Positions 29,736 through 38,210 of a DNA stretch of 64,000 nucleotides are shown one piece after another. The stretch spans positions 90,855 to 154,854 of the forward strand of contig CAVZGV010000006.1 in NCBI GenBank assembly GCA_963774955.1, read 5' to 3'. The stretch is from Candidatus Falkowbacteria bacterium. GTDB taxonomy: Bacteria; Patescibacteriota; Patescibacteriia; CAIXNZ01. Made by a program: the position numbers and the translations under genes. How positions within the stretch are numbered: position 1 is the stretch's first letter; every line of letters begins with the position of its first letter. The notes beneath the pieces are model-generated. The model was not told the origin of the DNA. It worked only from the letters and a program-made list of their open reading frames with translations, and made no database searches.

Positions 29736-30587
29736 TCACAATCTCGAAACAATTTGAGCCAGTAGAAAACCCAAAAGTGTCCCCAATACTATCGGAGGCA
29801 AACCTGGCGTTGGGTGTCTTTCCTTTTGAGTAATAAAAATTATATACAAAAATATAAAACCCAAAATTGCGCCCAACCCTGTAATCAGACTGGTCAACAA
29901 ACTAATTTGCAGGCAGGAAACCACAAAAATGGCCGGGATGGCCAGATCGCCGGTGCCTAAGAACATAAATTCAGTTTCCGGACTGACAGTCTTTAATTTT
30001 AAAAATAAACCATGGTATTTTTGAGGAATAATGATGGTAAAATACACTTTAGATTCAGCCAGACCGTGAAACATCGTAACCATATGTTTGGTTTTATATA
30101 CCGCCCAATAATCATAAACTGCCAAAAACAAGAGAATGAAGATAGCGGCGCTGGGAGAAATATTAAATCCAAAAATCACGGCAATTGCTGCCAGAGAAAA
30201 AATAATTAAAATATTGTGAATCAGCACATTTTTATAAATCAGCCAATACAATAACAATATAGCCAGCCAGACTAAATTGTAAGGATAAACAAAATAAGCC
30301 TGGCCAAAAAGCCAGAGGCCTTCCAAAATCGCCAGATAAAATAAAACTTTAACCAGCCAGGACTTTTTTATGTATTTTAAAATCAAAAACAAAATTAAAG
30401 AGGCCAGAAGGAATGTAATGATAAATTCCCAGGCTGCCCAGCCATTCGCCCTTGTCTGAACTGACATTGCCGGTACCAATTGGCCTAAATTCAAAGCCAC
30501 GCCAATGGCCAAAAACATAGTCAAGGCATAGCAAAAAAGTTCAAATATAAAACTGAAATTTAAAAAATGTCGCCAGGTTAATTTCAT
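29736..30587 (-). CDS. presenilin/signal-peptide-peptidase-like (A22 family) intramembrane aspartyl protease homolog
   Basis: Polytopic membrane protein with FLAVYDYW (YD motif), MFLGTGDLAIPAIF (cf. SPP GLGDIVIPGIF, the GxGD motif) and a C-terminal PGLPP (PAL-like). Confidence 0.5.
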   Translation of the reverse strand: MKLTWRHFLNFSFIFELFCYALTMFLAIGVALNLGQLVPAMSVQTRANGWAAWEFIITFLLASLILFLILKYIKKSWLVKVLFYLAILEGLWLFGQAYFVYPYNLVWLAILLLYWLIYKNVLIHNILIIFSLAAIAVIFGFNISPSAAIFILLFLAVYDYWAVYKTKHMVTMFHGLAESKVYFTIIIPQKYHGLFLKLKTVSPETEFMFLGTGDLAIPAIFVVSCLQISLLTSLITGLGAILGFIFLYIIFITQKERHPTPGLPPIVLGTLLGFLLAQIVSRL

Positions 30588-30630
30588 ATCTTAATTATAA
30601 CAAATAATAAAAAAATGATATAATATAAAT

Positions 30631-31410
30631 ATGAATTTAATTACTGAAGAAAAAGAAAAATTTTCATATATCCCCTATATTATTTTTACTCTAGTTTTAG
30701 TTACAACCACTACGCTGGCTGCCTTTGTTTTGGCGGATAATGCTGATAAACTCATGGATTCCGACAATGACGGGCTTAGCGATTATGCTGAAAATAATAT
30801 TTATTATACGGCCTGGGACAATCCCGATACTGATAATGACGGCATTAATGACGGTCTGGAAGTAAAAAACGGTTATTCGCCCAAACAACCGAAACTAAAG
30901 ATGGACAAGGTTGATTCCGATGGTGATGGTCTTAATGATGAATGGGAAATAAGACTTGGTTCAGATTTAATGAAAAAAGATACCGATAATGACGGCTATT
31001 TCGATGGCACCGAAGTCATGAATAATTTTTCGCCTACAAGTCCTAAAACTAATAAAATTGAAAAGCGAATAGAGGTAAGTACAAAAACCTTGCGCTTAAG
31101 TTTTTATTTCGGTGATATTTTACTGGATAATTATCCTGTTTCCACCGGTAGAATAACGACGCCTACTCCTTTGGGCGAATTTTCCATTATTGCCAAATAT
31201 CCTCTGAAAAATTATAACAATCTGCCCAATACCAAATGGAACATGCATTTTGCCACAGTCAAAGGCCTAAGATATTATATCCACGGCGCTTATTGGCATA
31301 ATAATTTCGGGTTGGCCACTGTTTCCGGCGGCTGTGTTAATCTGCGTTATGAAGATGTGGAGAATCTGTATAACTTCACTCCAATAGGCACCAAAGTAAT
31401 TGTGGAATAA
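30631..31410 (+). CDS. L,D-transpeptidase (YkuD domain) with N-terminal thrombospondin type-3-like Ca-binding repeats
   Basis: Four DxDxDG-like repeats (DSDNDGLSDYAE, DTDNDGINDGLE, DSDGDGLNDEWE, DTDNDGYFDGTE). Catalytic region HGAYWHNNFGLATVSGGCVNL (cf. H...SHGC). Confidence 0.7.
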   Translation: MNLITEEKEKFSYIPYIIFTLVLVTTTTLAAFVLADNADKLMDSDNDGLSDYAENNIYYTAWDNPDTDNDGINDGLEVKNGYSPKQPKLKMDKVDSDGDGLNDEWEIRLGSDLMKKDTDNDGYFDGTEVMNNFSPTSPKTNKIEKRIEVSTKTLRLSFYFGDILLDNYPVSTGRITTPTPLGEFSIIAKYPLKNYNNLPNTKWNMHFATVKGLRYYIHGAYWHNNFGLATVSGGCVNLRYEDVENLYNFTPIGTKVIVE

Positions 31411-31442
31411 TTATAAAAGGAAGCCAAATTTACTATCTACAC

Positions 31443-31478
31443 ATAAAAAACGCTCTCTGTCTTTTACAGAGAGCGTTT
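31443..31478. terminator. bidirectional hairpin terminator
   Basis: aaaaACGCTCTCTGTcttttACAGAGAGCGTttt, lying between convergent genes. Confidence 0.7.
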
Positions 31479-31486
31479 TGGGTTGT

Positions 31487-33091
31487 TTACCCCCACTCAA
31501 TGGTAGCCGGCGGTTTATCGGATATATTATAAACTACCCTGCCGACTTCCCGAATTTCATTGGTCAAACGGCGAGAAACTACCATAAGAAAGTCATCCGG
31601 CAGTTTAGCCCATCGGGCTGTGAAGCCATTCACACTCCAAATAGCCCATAAAGCTAAAACATAACCGCTATTAGCGTCGTCACCCTTGGTACAAGTGGTT
31701 TCTGATTTGGTTACCACTGCTCCTGCTTGCCAAATACCGTTATAAAGTTGCCATTTATGCAACTCTTCGATGTAAATGGCATCAGCCTGACGAGCAATTG
31801 CTAATTTTTCCGCAGTAATTTCACCTTCAATCCTGACCACCAAACCCGGACCGGGAAAAGGATGACGGGTTAGCAATTCCTCTGGCACATCGATTTCTCG
31901 TCCGATATTGCGGCCGCTGTCTTTGACGCAATCGGCCAAGGGCAAAATTTCCTGAAATTCATCGCTAAATTTCAGATTGACATTGTGATGCAATTTAATT
32001 TGCGCTTTGGTCGCACCCGAAGCATAGCCGCCGCCGCTTTCAGAAATATCAGTGTAGAGAGTGCCCTGCACAATAAAAATTGCACCAAATTTACGGGCTT
32101 CAGCTTCCAGGATGTCTTTGTAAACACTACGCATAGCGACCCGCTTTTCCTTCATCGAGATTTTACCTTTTAAAACTTCCAGAAAACTGTCAGTGGCATC
32201 GACTATCAGCAATTCCAGCCAATCTTCCTGACCGAAATACTTAAGCACGTAAGCCTCATCATCAGGACGATCAATGCCTTTAATGTAAATGGCCCTGATT
32301 TGACAGTATTTACCCTGAACTGCTTCTTTCAGCAAGTAAGCAACAGAGGAAGAGTCTGAACCTCCGGAAAGAGCCAAAAGTACTTTCTGCGAACCGATTT
32401 GCTGACGCAATGACTTGATTTTTTGTTGAGCTACTTTGCCGGCTGGAAATTTGTCATTGGCTTCACAAATTTTAAAGCAGAAATTGGCAAAAATCTGCTG
32501 CCCATATTCTGTCTCAGTTACCTCAGGATGAAATTGTACTCCCCAAAGATGCCTATAGTTACCAGCGGCGACAGGTGCATTATCTGTTTCGGCTAAGACA
32601 ACCAGTTTTTGAGCGATTACTTTGTCGCCATGGCTCTCTAAAACAGGCATGGCTGTCGGGCAATTCAAAAACAATACCGACTGATTTTGAGTCTTAAGAA
32701 CATGAGTGCCAAACTCACGTTTTTTAGAACCGATGACAGAATCACCAAGATGTTTAGCCCAGAGCTGAAAACCCAGGCAAATGCCTAAAATTGGAATGCC
32801 CAAATCAAAAATCTGGCTGTCAAAAGGTGGCGGCTGTTCATAGACTGAAACCGGTCCCCCTGAAAGAATAATGCCCTTGGGGTTTACTTTGCAAACATCT
32901 TCGGCTGTGACGCTGGCTGGATCAGCCACCAGGCAAAAGACACCCAGTTTATCCAAAGCCTGTTTGATTAGATGATCAAACTGGCTGCCAAGCACAAAAA
33001 GCAAAAAGATTTCATGGGTTTGTCTGACTTTCATTTCCTCATTGATTTCAGTCAGCGACTTCTCATCCGCATGTTTCAGGGTATAAAGCAT
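31487..33091 (-). CDS. guaA: GMP synthase (glutamine-hydrolysing)
   Basis: GATase1 (GICLGFQ), PP-loop LALSGGSDSSSVAYLL and a C-terminal ...ATIEWG. Confidence 0.95.
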   Translation of the reverse strand: MLYTLKHADEKSLTEINEEMKVRQTHEIFLLFVLGSQFDHLIKQALDKLGVFCLVADPASVTAEDVCKVNPKGIILSGGPVSVYEQPPPFDSQIFDLGIPILGICLGFQLWAKHLGDSVIGSKKREFGTHVLKTQNQSVLFLNCPTAMPVLESHGDKVIAQKLVVLAETDNAPVAAGNYRHLWGVQFHPEVTETEYGQQIFANFCFKICEANDKFPAGKVAQQKIKSLRQQIGSQKVLLALSGGSDSSSVAYLLKEAVQGKYCQIRAIYIKGIDRPDDEAYVLKYFGQEDWLELLIVDATDSFLEVLKGKISMKEKRVAMRSVYKDILEAEARKFGAIFIVQGTLYTDISESGGGYASGATKAQIKLHHNVNLKFSDEFQEILPLADCVKDSGRNIGREIDVPEELLTRHPFPGPGLVVRIEGEITAEKLAIARQADAIYIEELHKWQLYNGIWQAGAVVTKSETTCTKGDDANSGYVLALWAIWSVNGFTARWAKLPDDFLMVVSRRLTNEIREVGRVVYNISDKPPATIEWG

Positions 33092-33181
33092 GACTTGTTC
33101 CTCCTTGATAGATTTGCAGTTTTAAATAACAAAAAACATGGCTTAAAATTAACAAGCCATGGCTATTTTGTCAATTTTAAT

Positions 33182-33919
33182 TCAACCAAAAACCATATCC
33201 TGAGTTGGCAGGAAATTTAAGCCCATGCTTTTATCTTTAGCTTTATTGAATGAATCACGAATATATTCCTGGTCAATCTGTGCCAAGAGCTTTGCTAAAC
33301 TAATATTTTTATCAAAATTCTCAGCTGGCCAAATAACAATTTTTTCATTATAGCTTAAATAAATAAACTTGGGAGTCCTTAAAAGAAAGTTATAACCATA
33401 ATATTTTAATTGCAAATTTTCCAGGACCAGATCACCGATATTACTTTCTTCATTATATTCACCTAATAAAAATTTATCCTTGTTATTATTAGCAGGCAGT
33501 AAATTTATATAGCCAACAGCTGAAGTAATTTCATATTTAACCTGCCTTATAATATTAAGCCAATATTTAATTTCCTCAGAATCATTAGCTTCTATATTCT
33601 TTAGCCCGTATTTAATCACTGCCTTAATAACATCAATAACAATTTTATACTTAAACGGCTGCCAAAAACGTAATGCCAAATTTATATCATCTCGGAATTT
33701 AAAAAAATGTTTATTATTATTAAACCATTTAATTTCACCAAATTTACGATTGTGTTCATTAACTATTTGGTTCAAATTAGTTTTATCAATATCAATAAAT
33801 TCCTCTTCTTCAAATAATCCTAGCGGTTGTGTTTTAGGCACCAAAAAATAGCCGGTTATATTTGCGCATAAAACCGCGTAAAATATAGATTCAAATTTGT
33901 CAGAATATTTAATGATCAT
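33182..33919 (-). CDS. hypothetical protein (very AT-rich)
   Basis: 245 aa, lysine/asparagine-rich. No recognisable motif. Confidence 0.45.
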   Translation of the reverse strand: MIIKYSDKFESIFYAVLCANITGYFLVPKTQPLGLFEEEEFIDIDKTNLNQIVNEHNRKFGEIKWFNNNKHFFKFRDDINLALRFWQPFKYKIVIDVIKAVIKYGLKNIEANDSEEIKYWLNIIRQVKYEITSAVGYINLLPANNNKDKFLLGEYNEESNIGDLVLENLQLKYYGYNFLLRTPKFIYLSYNEKIVIWPAENFDKNISLAKLLAQIDQEYIRDSFNKAKDKSMGLNFLPTQDMVFG

Positions 33920-34321
33920 AAGACTAGAACTCGGCTGGAATCAATAACCGCAAATGCCCATAATATTCGCAGAGTAAATTCCAGCCGGTTGTAATTATTT
34001 AATTTCCCCCTATTTAATATAATAGGGTCCATTTATGTTTATTAAATTGTTCTTGTAAAAAAAATCAATTCAAAAAAACTTACTAATACTTTACGATAAA
34101 TTGCTTTTTGTTTTCGGCTCATAATATATATTGATTAATAATTAATAAACTGTTATATTAATAAAAAGAGAGGCTTATTGCAAAATAAGTTTAGTCACTG
34201 GGTCCTAACCAGATGACTATTAATTCTCGACGAACGAAATTCACTCCGGAAACGGGGTGAGTTTTGTTTTGGGAGGGGGAAAACTTAACTCACCCGTTAT
34301 TCCAAAGTTATCTTAATAATA

Positions 34322-34927
34322 TTAAGCGTAACTATATTTTCTAATTACGGCTCTGACAACGCCCTGAACAGTAACATTTTTGGCGAAAATCGGTTTCATC
34401 GTGGAATTGGCCGGCTGTAACCTGATCCGATTAGCTTCTTTATAAAATTTCTTCAGGGTGGCAAAAGAATTATCCAGCAAAGCCACAACTACTTGTCCGT
34501 TAGCCGGATGTTCATTTTTTTCCACCACCACATAATCGCCATCAAATATACCTTCATCTATCATTGACTGGCCTTTAACCTTCAAAACATAAGATTGGGA
34601 CTCATTTTTTACCAAATCAGCAGGCACCGCAATTTTATCCTTCTGTTCCACTGCCTCAATCGGCTGACCAGCGGTAATTAAACCGGCTAAAGCTAGAAAC
34701 ACGGCTGAAGCCTTTTCATTTTCTATAACTTCAATAGATCTGGCTTCATTAGGATCGATTTTTAAATAGCCCTTTTCTTGTAAAGTCTGGATATGCTCAC
34801 AAACGGTGGCCGTTGAAGATAGTCCGAAGTGATCGCCGATTTCACGATAACTCGGTGAATATCCATATTCGGCCACAAAGGCGTTAATGTAATCGATTAT
34901 TTCTTTTTGTCTTTTGGTAAGGCTCAT
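34322..34927 (-). CDS. lexA: LexA repressor
   Basis: N-terminal wHTH, Ala-Gly cleavage site (ALAGLI) and S24 Ser/Lys dyad (KVKGQSMIDEGIFDGDYVVV ... TLKKF). Confidence 0.85.
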   Translation of the reverse strand: MSLTKRQKEIIDYINAFVAEYGYSPSYREIGDHFGLSSTATVCEHIQTLQEKGYLKIDPNEARSIEVIENEKASAVFLALAGLITAGQPIEAVEQKDKIAVPADLVKNESQSYVLKVKGQSMIDEGIFDGDYVVVEKNEHPANGQVVVALLDNSFATLKKFYKEANRIRLQPANSTMKPIFAKNVTVQGVVRAVIRKYSYA

Positions 34928-34966
34928 AATTTTATTGGTTATGATATAAGGATTTAATTATTGATT

Positions 34967-34993
34967 CTAGGTTTTAGATTTTAGGTTTTAGAG
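34967..34993. repeat. 'ttttagat'-unit repeat, left inverted repeat of the four-helix-bundle gene cassette; also the lexA upstream region
   Basis: ctaggttttagattttaggttttagag. Inverted partner at 35365..35392. Confidence 0.6.
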
Positions 34994-35000
34994 TGTTTCT

Positions 35001-35357
35001 TTATTTAACCGAGCGAATCCACGCATTTAACATTTTACCTGCTTCATTCGCTAATCCAATTGCTTTATTATAATTTTCTTTTAGTAGATAGTTTAAATCG
35101 AAACTTAACAACAATTGGTATTTCAATTCCTCCAAAGAACCCATTGAGTATGAATAAAATACAAATTTATCTTTTCCCCTACGTCTAAATCCTTCGGAAA
35201 TATTTGACGGTACAGACACCGCAGCTCTTCTCATTTGTGAAACCAAGCCAAATTGTTCATCCTTAGGAAATTCCATAGTTATTTTATATACCAGTAAGGT
35301 TAACTCGTGCGCCCGTTGCCAAACTCTTAAATTTTGAATTGAGTTTAAATCAGTCAT
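35001..35357 (-). CDS. four-helix-bundle protein (family commonly found in 23S rRNA intervening sequences)
   Basis: 118 aa: LRVWQRAHELTLLVYKITMEFPKDEQFGLVSQMRRAAVSVPSNISEGF, typical of the four-helix-bundle / 'S23 ribosomal' family. Confidence 0.7.
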   Translation of the reverse strand: MTDLNSIQNLRVWQRAHELTLLVYKITMEFPKDEQFGLVSQMRRAAVSVPSNISEGFRRRGKDKFVFYSYSMGSLEELKYQLLLSFDLNYLLKENYNKAIGLANEAGKMLNAWIRSVK

Positions 35358-35364
35358 ATTTTAC

Positions 35365-35392
35365 TAAGATCTAAAATCTAGAATCTAAAATC
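35365..35392. repeat. 'ttttagat'-unit repeat, right inverted repeat of the cassette
   Basis: ctaagatctaaaatctagaatctaaaatcc. The 17-mer ctaagatctaaaatcta recurs exactly at 57511..57527, upstream of thiI. Confidence 0.6.
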
Positions 35393-35678
35393 CAATCACC
35401 AACCGAACAACAACCGAATGATTTTATACTGGTAGTATAACCGAACAAAAACCGAGTGTCAAGAGTCAGTTATCCACAACGGACTAGAACTCGCCTTTGC
35501 TCGTTCAGTCCGCTGCACGCATAATAAAAAACCGGTCAATTACGACCGATTTTTATTCCCTATTTCTTCTTCTTTTTAGCTACTTTCTTTTTGGGAGCGC
35601 ATTTCATTTTTGCGCCGCAACAACCACATGGCATAAGCTTTAAGTTAAAAGTTAAAAATCAAAAATTATAGTAAATAT

Positions 35679-36383
35679 TTAAACTTGTCCCTTGGAGTCT
35701 TTTTTTACTTCCTCAAATTGTTTTTCCTCTGCCTTTAACTCTTGTTCAGCAACCTTTTTGACCGGATAAAAACCAAAGAGTGAAAAAAGAACCAAACTCC
35801 CGAGTAAAATACCGGCCAGGTTAACTAAAAAAAGAGATAAAGATCCGGCCAAAATATCCCAGCGAAAATAGGCCACACCAATACCCATGACTGACAAAGG
35901 TGGTAATAAGGCAATAGCTACGGCGACACCGACAATTCTTTCTGACAGTTCTTCCTTGGAAAAAGACATGGCCGCGGCGATACCTGAGGCCAAAGCAACA
36001 GCAAAATAAATCAGGTTAGGAGTAGCCCGAGATACGATTTCATTATTTATTTCCTTATTAACTATAAAAACACCGATTACAAAACCGATTACTACTACAA
36101 AAATTAAAGCCAACAAAAGAACCCTTAATGATCTTAAAATTAATTTGGAATCAGCCATAACAATGCCCATGCTAATGGCTAAAATCGGTGAAAGCAATGG
36201 TGAAACCAGCATACCGCCGATCACAATCGGAATATTATCTATAATAATGCCAAAAGTCGTAATCAGGGCTGAAATAATTAAAACCAGGAAAAAAGACTGA
36301 GTTGGCGAACTAGAATTGATCAGTTTTTCAATAACCAGTTTTTTTTGTTCCGGGGTTATACTTAATAAAGAAATATTTATCAT
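35679..36383 (-). CDS. integral membrane protein (DUF389-like hydrophobic domain)
   Basis: 234 aa with ~6 TM helices and glycine-rich repeated segments (VIGGMLVSPLLSPIL... / VAVAIALLPPLSVMGIGVA). Confidence 0.45.
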   Translation of the reverse strand: MINISLLSITPEQKKLVIEKLINSSSPTQSFFLVLIISALITTFGIIIDNIPIVIGGMLVSPLLSPILAISMGIVMADSKLILRSLRVLLLALIFVVVIGFVIGVFIVNKEINNEIVSRATPNLIYFAVALASGIAAAMSFSKEELSERIVGVAVAIALLPPLSVMGIGVAYFRWDILAGSLSLFLVNLAGILLGSLVLFSLFGFYPVKKVAEQELKAEEKQFEEVKKDSKGQV

Positions 36384-36477
36384 AATTTCAAGTTATTTTT
36401 AGACTTTCTTTAATTATAGCAAAAATCTTGACAAAGTACTATTTTTCAGCTAACTTATATATATTAAGGGGGTAAAG

Positions 36478-36696
36478 ATGGCCACGAAAAGTAAAAAAAA
36501 CAGGCCTAAAAGTAATGAGTTCAAAAAACCAGGCAAAAAACGGCGTAAATCAAAAAAGGGTTGTTTGCGCTGTGATAAAGATTTTAAATCTCAGGGTATT
36601 TACAACCGGATTTGTCCTGAATGCCGCACCAGCAATGAAAAAGTATCTCCTTATGCCTTGCCGGAAAATTATCCGGTGCATCAACCTGAAAAATAG
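36478..36696 (+). CDS. small lysine-rich zinc-ribbon protein (paralog 1)
   Basis: 72 aa with a basic N-terminus, then KKGCLRCDKDFKSQGIYNRICPECR (CxxC...CxxC). TTGACA promoter at ~36431 and RBS aagggggtaaagATG. Confidence 0.55.
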   Translation: MATKSKKNRPKSNEFKKPGKKRRKSKKGCLRCDKDFKSQGIYNRICPECRTSNEKVSPYALPENYPVHQPEK

Positions 36697-36704
36697 GAGG
36701 AGTT

Positions 36705-36941
36705 ATGCCACGCGGCCGTAAACCGAAAAGAAAAAACTGGGTCGAGAAAAAACAACCTCCCAGCCAAACTTGCCAAAACTGTGGCCGAAAATTCTGGCCC
36801 AAAACCGACAGTGATACCTGCTTATTGTGCTTGAATGGGATCATTAAACCACAGGGTAAAAATATTCCTGTACTCACAGAATTAGACAAGGCTAAACAGG
36901 AAAATCAAAAAGACAAACGCCCCTGCCTGCGTTGTCAAAGG
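36705..36941 (+). pseudogene. small lysine-rich zinc-ribbon protein (paralog 2), 5' part, interrupted by the IS insertion
   Basis: MPRGRKPKRKNW...KRPCLRCQR, then the IS left inverted repeat begins. The ORF-track tail (ELMIFEMNIPAKVIVSVIFA) is read-through into IS sequence. Confidence 0.7.
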
Positions 36942-37998
36942 GGGTATAAGGGGTCCAAACTGGTTGGTGAATTAATGATTTTTGAAATGAATATACCAGC
37001 TAAAGTAATTGTTTCTGTTATCTTTGCTTAATCCTGAATGCTGGCGATACAATCTTTTTAAACGAGAAAAATATCCTTCAAGTTTATTCGTTGATTTGGC
37101 GATATTCGGATTATCTAAATAATGGAACATGTCGGGCAAGGCATGAATTACTAAGCTTCTAGTTCTTTGCAAATCACTAAAGACTTTGTGGTTACAGTCG
37201 AGTCTTGAAACCGCTTTGCCGAATTTTCTTTCCCACTTATGAAAATCTGAAATAAATTTATGTTTTTCCGGATAATTGTTAATGTTTGTTACCGCCAGTA
37301 ATATCTTGCGTAATTGTATCGATGGCTCCAGTTTAGGACGCATTCTTAACCAAGATAATCCCTGCCTCTGGATATGAACGATACAGCGCTGTATTACGAT
37401 ATTCGGCCATGCGTCCTTTAAGGCTCTAATTACGCTAGTATTACCGTCAATTGTAATGGCTGTAGGCTTGATTCCTTTATCTGACAGCTCCTTGAACAGC
37501 TCAAGGGCGGCAAAGTAATTTTCACGCCTTAAATACCTATTTGTGATGATTTGGCCATTGGCATTATTCATTGCCAGCATTAAGCAATTCATGCGGTGGA
37601 AATATGTACCATCAAAAAGCAGATATTTTATTCCGGTTTGTACGTTTAAAGGGCTCGGTAATTTTGCGAGCCAATAACTGATTATTCCCTTAATTGTTTT
37701 CCTGCTGTGGTGGCTAATTCCCGAAATTTGCCTGACTGAATATCCTTCGGCTATCCATAATTTAAACCATTTAAGTTGGCGGTTCAATTTATTCTTTGCA
37801 TTGCGGAAAACAAACAGTCGATTGCACTTCCCGCACTTGAATCTTTGCCGTCCGCAATCATTTTGGCCATAAAAAATTACATTATTAGAGGAGCAATCTG
37901 GACAAGTTTTTTTTCATAATATTGAACCAGTTTAATATTAAGTATCAATTTTAATCTAACCTTAACAGAAATTTTGTCTTTTCACCAACCAGTTTGGG
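36942..37998 (-). mobile_element. IS1595-family-like insertion sequence (1057 bp)
   Basis: 29-bp imperfect terminal inverted repeats (GGTATAAGGGGTCCAAACTGGTTGGTGAA at 36942-36970; reverse complement of 37970-37998 is GGTAAATGGTACCCAAACTGGTTGGTGAA). Flanking 7-bp direct repeat CAAAGGG (36935-36941 and 37999-38005). Single transposase gene inside. Confidence 0.85.
36972..37916 (-). pseudogene. IS transposase: N-terminal zinc ribbon plus DDE domain, with a frame change in an A8 run
   Basis: ATG at 37916, then A8 (37906-37913). Frame +1 continues KKTCPDCSSNNVIFYGQNDCGRQRFKCGKCNRLFVF (IS1/IS1595-type zinc finger) in frame with the 271-aa ORF. C-terminus NKLEGYFSRLKRLYRQHSGLSKDNRNNYFSWYIHFKN resembles the IS1595 DDE tail (N.xEG.wS.LKR...G.yH..S...L..Y..Ef.fryN). 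Confidence 0.8.
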
Positions 37999-38141
37999 TA
38001 CCATTTACCCAAAGGGACTTTGACTCCGAAGGCATATATAATCGCATTTGTCCTGCTTGCCGCGAAACCAACAGCCACAAAGCTGATGATTTCAATGATT
38101 CTGCAGCGGCCGAATCATTATTTAACCGCTGGCAAAGGTAA
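37999..38141 (+). pseudogene. 3' part of zinc-ribbon paralog 2, downstream of the IS
   Basis: Reads DFDSEGIYNRICPACRETNSHKADDFNDSAAAESLFNRWQR*. Joining 36941 to 38006 (removing the IS and one TSD copy) restores an in-frame gene ...CLRCQRDFDSEGIYNRICPACR..., parallel to paralog 1. Confidence 0.7.
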
Positions 38142-38210
38142 GCTCCTCAATTAACTGATTGAGGAGCTTTTTTATTTTTGGTTACAAAAAAGTAAGAACC
38201 GTCAGGCTTA

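Noticed and set aside
34928-35000. A search for a canonical Gram-positive SOS box (GAAC-N4-GTTC) upstream of lexA.
   Set aside because: None was found. Only the ttttagat repeats and degenerate AACCGAAC direct repeats (35400-35460) were seen, so no LexA operator was called.
33921-35494. 12-bp direct repeat gactagaactcg at 33921 and 35483, bracketing lexA and the four-helix-bundle gene like att sites.
   Set aside because: A single 12-mer match is within the chance expectation for a 64-kb AT-biased window. No integrase or other mobility gene lies between the copies. Kept only as a weak note.
35563-35640. A 25-aa Cys-rich ORF (MPCGCCGAKMKCAPKKKVAKKKKK) on the minus strand, between the DUF389-like gene and a hairpin terminator.
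   Set aside because: It has no RBS, is too short to support from sequence alone, and could equally be untranslated 3' UTR.
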